DNA of 64,000 nt from Candidatus Micrarchaeota archaeon (GTDB taxonomy: Archaea > Micrarchaeota > Micrarchaeia > Micrarchaeales > CABMGC01). Under the pieces are notes generated by a model. That model searched no databases, was not told where the DNA came from, and was given only the letters and a program-made list of their open reading frames with translations. Location: NCBI GenBank assembly GCA_021818925.1, contig JAKASU010000001.1:68036-132035 (forward strand), read 5' to 3'. Below are positions 42,935 to 52,582 of this stretch, in pieces. Position 1 is the stretch's first letter. The number at the start of each line of letters is the position of its first letter. Position numbers and translations under genes: made by a program.

Positions 42935-43972
42935 CTATATAGAGTCTATCCCGGCGTAGTTCGTCTCCTTCTTCTCAGCGAACTTACCAAGTATGCTCTC
43001 TCCTCTGACTCCGGTGACTATGGCCACGATCTCCAGCTGGCCCTCATAGCCGGGCACGATCCTGGCGCCCCACTTGACTGTGGCCTTAGGGTCCATGCGC
43101 TCTGTTATGATCTCTCCGGCCTTTATAGCGTCTCCCAGGGTCAGGTCGCTTGCTCCCGATATGTGTATCAGGGCGCCCTTCGCGTTCTCGAAGTCCACGT
43201 CAAGAAGCTTGTTCTTGAGCACAGACTCGCTCGCGCTTGTGACCTTGTCCGTTCCCTTGCCCGTGCCAACCGATATGAAGCCCACGTCTCCGCTTCCCAT
43301 TATCGCCCGCACGTCCGCAAAGTCTATGTTGATCAGGCTGGGCTGCGTTATCGTCCATACGAGTCCGCCTATCGCCTTCGCAAGCACGTCGTCGGCCACG
43401 GCGAAAGCCTCGTTCATCGGCAGGTTAGGCACGAGCCTGACCAGTCGGTTGTTGTCCACGATAACAACGCTGTCGCAGTACTTCCTGAGCTGCTGTATGC
43501 CCTCCTCCGCCTTGACCTTCCTCACTCGCTCAAGGTCGAACGGGTATGTCACCATCGCAACAACTATCGCTCCGGACTCTTTCGCTATCTGCGCAATCAC
43601 CGGCGCAGCGCCGGTTCCGGTTCCGCCTCCCATTCCAGCGCACAGAAACACGAGTTGAGAGTTTGCAAGCACCTCTTCGAGCACCTGCCTGTCCACCTCA
43701 GCCGCCTTGAGACCCACGCTCGGGTCTCCTCCAGCTCCGAGTCCCTTGGTTATGGTTTTTCCAATAAGCACTTTCTTTATACGGTCGTCCACAATCTTGA
43801 AGTGCGTGACGTCGGTGTTTACCGCAACCAACTCCGTTCCCTTGACTCCAACCTTAAGGAGCCTGTTGACGGTGTTGTTTCCCGCTCCGCCTACTCCCAC
43901 AGTAACTATTTTTATCTGTGGAGTAGCACCCGAACCACTGGTACCCAATATGTCTGTTCCAAAGTCGCCCAT
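42935..43972 (-). CDS. ftsZ: Cell division GTPase FtsZ (upstream paralog)
   Basis: GGGTGTGAAP and VGVGGAGNN. The ATG at 43972 was chosen. Its stop codon abuts the start of the next ftsZ. Confidence 0.95.
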   Translation of the reverse strand: MGDFGTDILGTSGSGATPQIKIVTVGVGGAGNNTVNRLLKVGVKGTELVAVNTDVTHFKIVDDRIKKVLIGKTITKGLGAGGDPSVGLKAAEVDRQVLEEVLANSQLVFLCAGMGGGTGTGAAPVIAQIAKESGAIVVAMVTYPFDLERVRKVKAEEGIQQLRKYCDSVVIVDNNRLVRLVPNLPMNEAFAVADDVLAKAIGGLVWTITQPSLINIDFADVRAIMGSGDVGFISVGTGKGTDKVTSASESVLKNKLLDVDFENAKGALIHISGASDLTLGDAIKAGEIITERMDPKATVKWGARIVPGYEGQLEIVAIVTGVRGESILGKFAEKKETNYAGIDSI

Positions 43973-44136
43973 CTGATCGCCTATTAAGTATTTGTAAATA
44001 GGTTTAAATATCTTATGTAGTCGTCGATAATACAAGATCGGCGAAACGTTCGGTATATTTGCTATTATCCAGTATATGGTAAGTGTATCGAAGTATATGA
44101 TAATTTACCAGAGTCTTGGGCAAAAATCGGTTATTT

Positions 44137-44322
44137 TTACGCTTCCACAGCCTTTCTTATTGTCTGGTCCATTGACCTTGAATCAGAAACGCGGGCTATG
44201 CGCAGCATGCGTATCAGCTGTGCTGGAACGAAGTTGTGCGAGCCGCTGAAGAGCACTAAATTCGTCCCCAGCCCCTTCGCGAACGCCTGCAACGTTTCGA
44301 GAGGGCTGTCGTTGACCGACAC
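44137..44322 (-). CDS. Doubtful 61-aa ORF downstream of the adenylyltransferase gene
   Basis: GTG start 21 nt after the upstream stop codon. No motif. It could be a gene remnant. Confidence 0.25.
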   Translation of the reverse strand: MSVNDSPLETLQAFAKGLGTNLVLFSGSHNFVPAQLIRMLRIARVSDSRSMDQTIRKAVEA

Positions 44323-44343
44323 GACGCGCCTGTCTGGGTTCCG

Positions 44344-44907
44344 CTAGACCCTGACCGTGCGCCTCGAGATAACGTTCTGCGCAGCCTCGGGGATCAGCTC
44401 AGAAACAGGTTTGCCGTCGCGGAGCAGCTCCCTGAGCTCCTTGCCGCTTATGCCGTTCCTTCTTCCTATGTTCTCCATATCTCTACCCAACAGCGTTGCA
44501 CCGAAGGTCTTGTAGGAAAGACCTCCGTACCCGTCTCTTATGTAAACCCTCCCTGGGGTCTGCAGGAAGTTTTTCAGGGAAAGCGCTCTTACCTCGAACT
44601 CTTCTGCGTCAAGGCCCGCCTTCAGCAGCGATCTTTCTATCATTTCTTTTCTCTCTTCATAGGAGAACGGGTTCGGGTCCAAGGTGTCTTTTCCGAAGCC
44701 GTGGGCTACGGACCTGAAGGCGTCGTGGAAGCTCCTCTTTGATGTCCCCCTTTCATACGAGAAGAACTCTCCAACGAACACAGTAAGGAAATCGCATTTT
44801 TCCTTCGCAAGCTTCACGAATTCAAGGTGCCCGTTGTGGAAAGGCTGGAACCTCCCCAGCACAATCCCCCTTTCCGCACGTGCCTTGTCTTCCTCGACCG
44901 CGTCCAT
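44344..44907 (-). CDS. Cytidylyltransferase-family nucleotidyltransferase (archaeal NMN adenylyltransferase-like)
   Basis: GRFQPFHNGH signature. Confidence 0.75.
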   Translation of the reverse strand: MDAVEEDKARAERGIVLGRFQPFHNGHLEFVKLAKEKCDFLTVFVGEFFSYERGTSKRSFHDAFRSVAHGFGKDTLDPNPFSYEERKEMIERSLLKAGLDAEEFEVRALSLKNFLQTPGRVYIRDGYGGLSYKTFGATLLGRDMENIGRRNGISGKELRELLRDGKPVSELIPEAAQNVISRRTVRV

Positions 44908-44964
44908 GCCTTATCCCCGATTCAAGTTGCTTTCGAGCTAATTTAAGCATTTCTGCGTGTTTCG

Positions 44965-46743
44965 TCAGGCCTCCTCGCCCACCTTGGTCTTCCTCTGCTG
45001 CCTGAACATCTCCAGTATCTCCTTCGTCGTCGTCGCCTCCTCCGGGCTCTTGTCCTCGCGTATCCCGTTGCTCACTATGCGCGGGAACCGCAGCGCGTAG
45101 CCTATCTCCTCATCACCCTCCTTGTGCCTGCCCGCAGTATGCATCGGCGACTTGGTTATCTCATCGGCGCGGACGGTTACCACGTACTTCGGCTCTATCC
45201 AGTAGTCTGGCTCAATGAGAGATTCAACCCTCGCGGGCCTCTTCGCAGTCTTTATCTTCTCAAAGAGCTTCTTGAGGGCGCGCATGTTCTCCTCGGTGAA
45301 TCCCGTTCCTATTCTGGTTATCGTTTCGAACATGTCAGTCTTCTCATTGTATACCGCCGCGAGCATGCCTCCGAATCCGAATTCGGTCCTTATGCCCCTT
45401 CCCCTGTAATATCCTACGACAACAAGGTCGACGGTGTCTGACAGTTCACCCTTGTAGCTCCTCTTCATCTTTATCCAGCTGAACTTCCTCGCTCCGGCGA
45501 TGTATGGGGCATCGAGATCCTTGGCCACTATCCCCTCAAGCCCGTCCTCTATCGCGGTCTCGAAATACCTCTCCATCTCCTTTGGTTTAGTTACGAGCAT
45601 CATGTCCGATAAGCGTATCGTGCCGTTTCCCTTGACTATCGACTCCAGCGTCTTGCGTCTCTCGCTGTACTTTTTGTTGAGGTAGCTCTCGCCATCGAGA
45701 TAGAGAAGGTCGAACGCGAAAAGATGGAGCGGCATCTCCGTGCTCATCTCCTCAACGCCGTGCTTTCTCTTCCTCTGTATCGTCTCCTGGAACGCGCGGA
45801 ACTGGTTAGTTGTCTCGTCGTAGGCGATCGCTTCGCCCTCGAGTATCGCTTTGTCTGCGTTCACCTCCTTTAGCGCTGCCGCGGTAATCTCAGGGAACAT
45901 CTCGGTCAGGCGTTCCAGCCTTCGCGAGAATATCTCGACGCGCTTGCTCTTCCTGTCGACGTGCACCTGCGCCCGCAGCCCGTCGTACTTGCTCTCGACC
46001 GCGCACCTGCCGTGCATCTTCTCAAGTATCTCCTCGGCTGTCGGGAGCCTTTCGGCCAGCGCCGGCCTGATCGGATTGAAGAGCGTTACCTTGAACTCTT
46101 CTATTCCCTTCTTTCCGTCCCTCATCATGGTCTCGCCTACAAGCCCGAGGTCGCTGCAGATGTTGTAGGCCTCCTCAAGCCTCGGCTTGAACTCCCTGTC
46201 CCCGGTAGCGGCCTTGGAGAGCGCCTCAAGTATCGTAGCATCTCCGGCTCCCAGCCTGAGTTGCCCTAGCGCAAACCTCACAATGTACCTTGCCTCCAGC
46301 GGCCTGCTTGCAGCGAGCAGGTTCGCCAACATCTTTATCTTCGCGTCCTTGCTTCCCTCCCCTCCAGTCCGAGCTATCTTCAGCATCGTCTCCAGCACAT
46401 CGTTTATCTCGAATTTGTCGCCGCTCATGCGCCTAAGCCTGCTGCCGGAGATGAATTGCTCTGCGGTCAGCCCGAGGTCTCCGGTCTTCTTGAAGCTCGC
46501 CTCCACCTTCGCCTTCTCCGCGCCTGTCGCGGTGGCTATCGCCTCCTCGGCGAGCTTCTCCGCTACGCCCAGATCCACTCCCTGGAACGGCGGCGCCGGG
46601 GAGCCCACCGTCATGTATATTATGCTCTTTATCTCGCCCTTCTTCGCCTTTTTGAACAGTTCTGTGAGCAGGTCTATCATTTCCAGCCTGGAACTTGTCG
46701 ATTCCAGCTTGCTGTAGTACTCAGCCACCTGCTCAAAAAACAT
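44965..46743 (-). CDS. lig: ATP-dependent DNA ligase
   Basis: Adenylation motif ESKYDGLR and the motif V/VI context. 592 aa. Confidence 0.95.
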   Translation of the reverse strand: MFFEQVAEYYSKLESTSSRLEMIDLLTELFKKAKKGEIKSIIYMTVGSPAPPFQGVDLGVAEKLAEEAIATATGAEKAKVEASFKKTGDLGLTAEQFISGSRLRRMSGDKFEINDVLETMLKIARTGGEGSKDAKIKMLANLLAASRPLEARYIVRFALGQLRLGAGDATILEALSKAATGDREFKPRLEEAYNICSDLGLVGETMMRDGKKGIEEFKVTLFNPIRPALAERLPTAEEILEKMHGRCAVESKYDGLRAQVHVDRKSKRVEIFSRRLERLTEMFPEITAAALKEVNADKAILEGEAIAYDETTNQFRAFQETIQRKRKHGVEEMSTEMPLHLFAFDLLYLDGESYLNKKYSERRKTLESIVKGNGTIRLSDMMLVTKPKEMERYFETAIEDGLEGIVAKDLDAPYIAGARKFSWIKMKRSYKGELSDTVDLVVVGYYRGRGIRTEFGFGGMLAAVYNEKTDMFETITRIGTGFTEENMRALKKLFEKIKTAKRPARVESLIEPDYWIEPKYVVTVRADEITKSPMHTAGRHKEGDEEIGYALRFPRIVSNGIREDKSPEEATTTKEILEMFRQQRKTKVGEEA

Positions 46744-46809
46744 AGAACCGAGTAATATGCTCTTCGAAAGCTTTTATAGTCTGCATGTTGAGGTAGGAGT
46801 GGTGGAAGA

Positions 46810-47421
46810 ATGGTCTTTGTTGACCTGCTTACGAGCCAGCTGTTCGGGATCGGTTTTGCAGGACTGCTCGTAGCGTATCTTTTCGTGGACAGCTACCTGC
46901 TATCAAAACGCGGCAAGAAGATAGGGGAAAGCATAAGGTATGCAGCCATTCCGATCGCCGCTCTTGGCGTGTATCTTCTTCTAACGAGCCTCTTTGGCCA
47001 GTTTGCGTGGCCCCTTCCCGGAAGCTACAACATACTCTTCTTCGAGCCGCTCTCATTCGCCGCATTCCTTCTTCTAGCCTTCGTGTGGGCCGTGCGCAGT
47101 GGTTCTGCGACAAGCCCGGTAGGACTTCTGGGCTTGCTTCTAGGGATTATTACAATATACTATGGTTACGAAGGCTACCTGCTGAACATGACCCAGTCGC
47201 CGATCGCGATGTTCGGCATGTACGCCCTGCTCGGCATAGCTGGCGTGTTCTCATATCCGGCAACGATCGCGCTTGACCAGCTTGTGTCAGGCACAAGGAG
47301 GCTTGAGTCGAAATACTTTATACTGTGCGCCATCTTCGTGGTCGCTTTGGTCCTCGGCAGCCTGATCGCCATAGGGACTGGTGTGATGGCGGTCCCCGCG
47401 CATCTCGCGAGCCCACCATGA
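46810..47421 (+). CDS. Polytopic membrane protein (about 6 TM helices), function unknown
   Basis: Hydrophobic repeat pattern only. Confidence 0.6.
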   Translation: MVFVDLLTSQLFGIGFAGLLVAYLFVDSYLLSKRGKKIGESIRYAAIPIAALGVYLLLTSLFGQFAWPLPGSYNILFFEPLSFAAFLLLAFVWAVRSGSATSPVGLLGLLLGIITIYYGYEGYLLNMTQSPIAMFGMYALLGIAGVFSYPATIALDQLVSGTRRLESKYFILCAIFVVALVLGSLIAIGTGVMAVPAHLASPP

Positions 47422-47430
47422 ACCGAGCGG

Positions 47431-47907
47431 CTATCTCTTCAGCTCGAGCATCAGCAGCCTGCTTATCTCCGTGGCCACGCGCCTCACCTCTGCCACAAAC
47501 TTGGTGTCCATCTCCCTTAGGTAATTCGGCCTGTACACTTCAAGATATGTCGAACCGTGGTCGCACTTGTCCGATTTGACGTCAACGTATAGCAGAGGCC
47601 TGATGATTCCGCTTTCAAGAGCGTCATTGACTATCATTATCTCCGCCTTTGTAGCCGGCAGCCTCAGGTGGTAGAAGCCGTACGTCTCTCCCACCTCGTG
47701 CTCCTCTCTAAGCGTGCAGCCCTTCCCGCTTTTGGAATCGTAGCATATGCAATCCCGCGGAGAAACGGTCTTTATGAAAAGATCGTTGCGCGCCTGCGCC
47801 GAATAGGACGGCCTGTAAGCCCTAAGTATGTCGCCCTCGCGTTTGCGTTCCCTCTCGTCCCACTTCGATGCCATCCGGTCGCCAGAGCCGTCTTCTACTG
47901 GAAACAA
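47431..47907 (-). CDS. Hypothetical protein (158 aa)
   Basis: The ORF fills the gap between neighbouring genes and its codon usage resembles the core genes. No motif recognised. Confidence 0.55.
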   Translation of the reverse strand: MFPVEDGSGDRMASKWDERERKREGDILRAYRPSYSAQARNDLFIKTVSPRDCICYDSKSGKGCTLREEHEVGETYGFYHLRLPATKAEIMIVNDALESGIIRPLLYVDVKSDKCDHGSTYLEVYRPNYLREMDTKFVAEVRRVATEISRLLMLELKR

Positions 47908-47943
47908 TATAAAGTTTCCCTACACGTGCGGCATTTGTGTGCG

Positions 47944-49185
47944 CTATCTCTGTATCTTCAGGATCTCCCGGACCTTGTCCAGGGAGGCTATCGCCGTGTC
48001 TATCTCTGCCTGCGTGTTGTAGATATAGAAGCTCATCCTAGGCACAGCCGGCTCGTTAAGTATCTTGGTGACGAGCGGCATCGCGCAGTGGTGACCGGAC
48101 CTTATCGCCACGCCCTCGCTGTCGAATATCTGTGCTATGTCGTGCGCGTGCGCACCCTTCATCGAGAACGAGATCACGCCAGCCTTCTTATCCATGTCTT
48201 CCTTCCCAGGTCCGTGTATGGTGACACCAGCATGCGAAAGCCTGTCAAGCGCATAAGAGGTCAGCGTCTTCTCATGCTCCCTCACATTTTCCATCCCCAG
48301 TCTCTTCAGATACTTGATTGCGGCTGCGAGACCTATAGCGCCCTCGATGTTCTGCGTTCCTGCCTCGAACTTCCAGGGGAGCTCGTTCCACGTAGACTCC
48401 TGGAAATCGACAGTGCGTATCATGTCGCCTCCGCCATGGAACGGCGCCATGCCTTCGAGTATCTCCTCGCTGCCGTATAGCACTCCGATGCCGCTTGGGC
48501 CCAGCATCTTGTGTCCCGAGAACGCGTAGAAATCAGCGTTTATCTCGCTGACGTTCACAGGCATGTGCGGCACTGCCTGTGCACCGTCAATCAGCACCGT
48601 AGAGCCTGCTTCATGCGCCATCTTTGTCATCTCCTGCGCCTGGTTTATGGTGCCGAGCACGTTGGAGACATGCGAGAACGCTACGATCTTCGGCTTGAGC
48701 GAGAGCTTCGAAACGAAGTCGTCGTGGTCAAGGAACTTGCCATCAGAAACCTTCACGTAGTCCAGCACCGCTTCCTTCCTCTTTGCGAGCATCTGCCACG
48801 GCACGATGTTGCTGTGGTGCTCCATCTCTGTTATGAGTATGTGGTCGCCTTTGTCAACGTTGACGTCGCCCCAAGCGCGTGCGACCGCGTTTATGGCCTC
48901 TGTTGTGCTCCTGAAATAGATCACGCTCCTGTAGCTCTCTGCACCGACAAACTTTGCCACAGTCTCCTTTGACTTTATGTACTGCGCAGTGGCGTCCTCG
49001 GCAAGCTTGTATATGCCGCGGTGTACGTTCGCGTTGCTCTTTTTGTAGTGTTTTGATACGGCGTTGATCACCTGCCTCGGCTTCTGAGCCGTGGCCGCGT
49101 TGTCAAGGTACACCAGCGGCTTCCCGTTGGCCATGCTCTTCAGTATCGGAAAATCCTTCCGTATCTTCTCCACGTCAAGCGTCAT
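47944..49185 (-). CDS. sufS: Cysteine desulfurase SufS (class V aminotransferase)
   Basis: FSGHKMLGPSGIGVLYG (PLP lysine) and RSGHHCA (catalytic Cys loop). The start is the ATG at 49185, or at 49215 if it overlaps sufC. Confidence 0.9.
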   Translation of the reverse strand: MTLDVEKIRKDFPILKSMANGKPLVYLDNAATAQKPRQVINAVSKHYKKSNANVHRGIYKLAEDATAQYIKSKETVAKFVGAESYRSVIYFRSTTEAINAVARAWGDVNVDKGDHILITEMEHHSNIVPWQMLAKRKEAVLDYVKVSDGKFLDHDDFVSKLSLKPKIVAFSHVSNVLGTINQAQEMTKMAHEAGSTVLIDGAQAVPHMPVNVSEINADFYAFSGHKMLGPSGIGVLYGSEEILEGMAPFHGGGDMIRTVDFQESTWNELPWKFEAGTQNIEGAIGLAAAIKYLKRLGMENVREHEKTLTSYALDRLSHAGVTIHGPGKEDMDKKAGVISFSMKGAHAHDIAQIFDSEGVAIRSGHHCAMPLVTKILNEPAVPRMSFYIYNTQAEIDTAIASLDKVREILKIQR

Positions 49186-49189
49186 GAGA

Positions 49190-49912
49190 TCAAAACCTGT
49201 ATCCTTCCTTCTCAATCCTGTCAGCTAGATCTCGTCCGCCTTCCTTAACGATTTTTCCATCCACCATCACGTGCACGAATTCGGGCTTCATGTAGTTCAG
49301 TATGCGGCTGTAGTGAGTTATGAGCAGCAGCCCGGCCTTTGACTTCTGCTGGTATTCGCTGACGTTCTGCGCTACCACGCGCACGGCGTCTACGTCCAGC
49401 CCGGAATCTGGCTCGTCGAGTATCGCTATCTTCGGCTTCAGCACCTGCATCTGCAGCACCTCCACCTTCTTCTTCTCCCCTCCGGAGAAGCCGTAGTTGA
49501 GCGAGCGCCCGATTATGTCCTCCTTGATGTGCAGGTTCTTCGCGTTGTCCTTCACCTCGCCCATGAAGTCCTTGAAGGAGAGGCTGCCCTGGAGCGAGGC
49601 CTTCGCGGTGTTCAGGAAGTTCAGCAGGCCCAGTCCCTCAACCTCTATCGGGCTCTGGAATAGGAGGAAGAGTCCCAGTTTTGCGCGCTTGTCTGTGCTC
49701 ATCTTAAGCACGCTCTCCCCGTCTACTAGTATGTCGCCCTTCGTGACCTTCATCTTAGTGTGGCCCATTATGGTCCTTGAGAGTGTCGTCTTCCCGGAGC
49801 CGTTCGGCCCCATCAGTACGTGGAACTCGCCCTCGCTTATCGTCAGGTCTATGCCCTTTATCACTTCCTTCTCCTCAACCTCCACGTGCAAGTCTTTTAT
49901 TTCCAATTTCAT
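49190..49912 (-). CDS. sufC: Fe-S cluster assembly ATPase SufC
   Basis: Walker A GPNGSGKTT, ABC signature FSGGEKKK and Walker B ILDEPDSGLD. Confidence 0.95.
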   Translation of the reverse strand: MKLEIKDLHVEVEEKEVIKGIDLTISEGEFHVLMGPNGSGKTTLSRTIMGHTKMKVTKGDILVDGESVLKMSTDKRAKLGLFLLFQSPIEVEGLGLLNFLNTAKASLQGSLSFKDFMGEVKDNAKNLHIKEDIIGRSLNYGFSGGEKKKVEVLQMQVLKPKIAILDEPDSGLDVDAVRVVAQNVSEYQQKSKAGLLLITHYSRILNYMKPEFVHVMVDGKIVKEGGRDLADRIEKEGYRF

Positions 49913-49916
49913 GTTG

Positions 49917-51143
49917 TCATCTCTTTCCCGGAACTATCCACAAGTTCTGCATGCTTATCTTAGGCACTCCGGAGTGCCTGTCGTTGTCCAGCTTGTCAAG
50001 AAGTATTGATATCGCAATTTCTTTTACTATATCGTTCTCTATGTTCGCAAGGTACTTCGAGAGGAAGCTCGCGATGAATATTCTCTTCGCCTTCGCCTCG
50101 TCGATTCCCCTTGACATCAGGTAGAAGAGCGCCTCCTTGTCCACGGGCGCCGTAGACGCGCTGTGCGACGCGAACGCGACGTCCTTGCAGTCTATCGACA
50201 TGTCAGGCAGCGGCTGTATCCTCGCGTCGGGGTCTATCACGAGCCCCTTCTCCTCTACATTCGAGTATGAGCCCCTGGTGCCCTCCGACACCTTGGCGTA
50301 GCCTTTCAGTATGCAGAACGATCTTCCCTTCAACACCGCCCCCGTTTTCAGCACCGCCTTCGTGGACTGGCTGGAGTTGAGCATGAATGTATTTATGTCG
50401 AACTTCTGGTCCGCATGGCCTAGCACCACCTCATTTACAAGGAGGTCGCTTCCCTTTCCTGCGGCTTCTGCGAACGTGCTTGATCGGGTCACGCCTCCGC
50501 CGTTGTATATCGCGTTGAATCTCATTACGGAGTCCTCGCCTGCAGTTATCTTGTTCATGGCCCCGACTCTCGACTTCGGCCCCTCGTTGTGCAGCACGTT
50601 TATCTCCACGTTGGACTTTACGCCTGCGTCTATGACATGTAATGGCGCGCTCATCGATCCGGACTCCGAAACTGAACCGAACCACTCGAACAGGCTAAGC
50701 CTTGATCCCGCTCCAGCGTTCACGAGTATCTCCACGGGCATGTTCGCCCCGTCCTCCAAGAGCAGGAAGTTGAGCTTCGCCTCCCTGTTATCTGGTACAG
50801 TCACCTCGATTATGCTGTCTGATTTCGCGGAGACATAGCCTCCAAGCCTCTCTTCGAAGTGCGCCTCTGCGTTCTCCTTGTAGTCCGCTACATTTTTCTT
50901 GCTGACCTTCACGAACTCGCTGCTCGATGAGATGCCGCCGGTGCCGTTTGACACGTCAAACTTCAGCCCCGAGCCCGAGATTATCTGCTTCTTCAGTTCT
51001 TCGATTCCGCTTCCCTGCGCGCCTCCCGAGTCATGAGGAATGGGCACGTTTATCACGTACCTCTTGTACAGCTCCTTGGCCTCGAAGGGCACGCTCGCGT
51101 AGCTAGCAATAGCTTGCTCTACAATCCTTTGTCCGCTCTCCAA
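49917..51143 (-). CDS. sufD: Fe-S cluster assembly protein SufD
   Basis: SufB/D beta-helix family sequence, positioned between sufB and sufC. Confidence 0.85.
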   Translation of the reverse strand: MESGQRIVEQAIASYASVPFEAKELYKRYVINVPIPHDSGGAQGSGIEELKKQIISGSGLKFDVSNGTGGISSSSEFVKVSKKNVADYKENAEAHFEERLGGYVSAKSDSIIEVTVPDNREAKLNFLLLEDGANMPVEILVNAGAGSRLSLFEWFGSVSESGSMSAPLHVIDAGVKSNVEINVLHNEGPKSRVGAMNKITAGEDSVMRFNAIYNGGGVTRSSTFAEAAGKGSDLLVNEVVLGHADQKFDINTFMLNSSQSTKAVLKTGAVLKGRSFCILKGYAKVSEGTRGSYSNVEEKGLVIDPDARIQPLPDMSIDCKDVAFASHSASTAPVDKEALFYLMSRGIDEAKAKRIFIASFLSKYLANIENDIVKEIAISILLDKLDNDRHSGVPKISMQNLWIVPGKR

Positions 51144-51163
51144 AAGAACACTTCGTGTAATCT

Positions 51164-52582
51164 CTAACCTACAGAACCTGCCATGTCCAGCTTTATCAGG
51201 CGCTTGAGCTCCAGCGAGTACTCCATAGGCAGCACCTTTGTGAGGTCGTTGAGGAAACCAAGTATTATCATGGCGATGGCGTCGCTCTCTGAGATGCCCC
51301 TGGACATGAGGTAGAAGACCTCGTCCTCGCTTATCTTCCCCACTTTCGCCTCGTGGCTTATCATCGCATCGTTGCGCTGTATGTCAACGTAAGGGTATGT
51401 GTTCGTCTTCGCGTGGTCGTCCATCAGAAGCGCGTCGCAGGTCGTGTTGACCTTTGCGTTCTCTGCGTCCTTTGCCACGTAGACCAGGCCCCTGAAGGTG
51501 GTGAGCCCGCTACCCTTGGAGATGCTCTTCGAGACCATCCTCGATGTTGTGTCCGGAGCAAAGTGGTAGACCTTACCTCCCGAGTCCTGCACCTGGCCCT
51601 CGCCCGCAAGAGCTATCGAGAGTATCTCGCCCTTCGCGTGCCTGCCACGCAGGTAGACGCTCGGGTATTTCATGTTGACCTTGCTTCCGATGTTGGCGTC
51701 GATCCATTCGACGTGCGCATCCTCCTCGACGTTGGCCCTCTGCGTCACCAGGTTGAAGACGTTCTTTGCCCAGTTCTGAATCGTCACGTACCTTATGTGC
51801 GCTCCCTTGTGTGCAACCATCTCTACAACAGCGGAGTGCAGCGAATTCGCCGAATACACCGTGGCGGTGCAGCCCTCTATATAGGTAACGTCTGCGCCCT
51901 CATCCGCGATTATAAGCGTTCTTTCGAACTGCCCCGACCTCTCCGCGTTTATCCTGAAGTATGCATTCAACGGCATGGGAACCTTGACGCCTTTCGGCAC
52001 GTAAATAAAACTCCCGCCTGACCACACGGCTGAGTTCAGAGCGGCAAATTTGTTATCTGTAGGAGGTATCACCGTTCCGAAATACTTCTTCATGAGTTCC
52101 GGATACTTCTTCACCGCAGTGTCCGTGTCCGTGAAGATTACTCCGAGTTTTTCAAGGTCTTCGTTGACCTTTGAGTAAACGACGCCGGAGTCGAACTGCG
52201 CCTCGGCGCCCGCGAAGAACTTTCTTTCAGCCTCAGGTACTCCGAGCTTTTCGTATGTCTTCTTTATCTCGTCTGGGACGTCCTCCCACTTCGCCGCCTC
52301 CTTGGCCTTCGTCACCCTGTAATAATAAATGTCGTCGAAATCTATGCTGCTCAAGTCTGCGCCCCACCTCGGCATCGGCTTCTGCTGGAACATCTTGTAG
52401 CCCAGCAGTCTCTTGTCCAGCATCCAGTCAGGCTCTCCTTTAAGCTTCGATATCTTGCGCACGACGCCGTCTGATATGCCCTTCTCGAAGTCGTCGTACT
52501 CCACCTTTGTCGAGAATCCGTAGCGCTCCTTGTAGTCTTCCGCAGCCAGTATATCTTGTACGTTCACAGCCATGTTAACCAT
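51164..52582 (-). CDS. sufB: Fe-S cluster assembly scaffold SufB
   Basis: Conserved SufB core (NSAVWSGGSFIYVPKGV, FERTLIIADEGA). The ATG at 52582 shares one nt with the regulator's TGA stop (TGATG). Confidence 0.95.
   Translation of the reverse strand: MVNMAVNVQDILAAEDYKERYGFSTKVEYDDFEKGISDGVVRKISKLKGEPDWMLDKRLLGYKMFQQKPMPRWGADLSSIDFDDIYYYRVTKAKEAAKWEDVPDEIKKTYEKLGVPEAERKFFAGAEAQFDSGVVYSKVNEDLEKLGVIFTDTDTAVKKYPELMKKYFGTVIPPTDNKFAALNSAVWSGGSFIYVPKGVKVPMPLNAYFRINAERSGQFERTLIIADEGADVTYIEGCTATVYSANSLHSAVVEMVAHKGAHIRYVTIQNWAKNVFNLVTQRANVEEDAHVEWIDANIGSKVNMKYPSVYLRGRHAKGEILSIALAGEGQVQDSGGKVYHFAPDTTSRMVSKSISKGSGLTTFRGLVYVAKDAENAKVNTTCDALLMDDHAKTNTYPYVDIQRNDAMISHEAKVGKISEDEVFYLMSRGISESDAIAMIILGFLNDLTKVLPMEYSLELKRLIKLDMAGSVG

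Noticed and set aside
42758-43987. 409-aa plus-strand ORF spanning both ftsZ genes
   Set aside because: It is an antisense shadow of two unambiguous FtsZ genes (GGGTGTGAAP on the minus strand). Its translation is R/H/V/Y-rich low complexity with no motif.
47668-48480. 270-aa plus-strand ORF
   Set aside because: It is antisense to sufS and the 158-aa gene. No motif.
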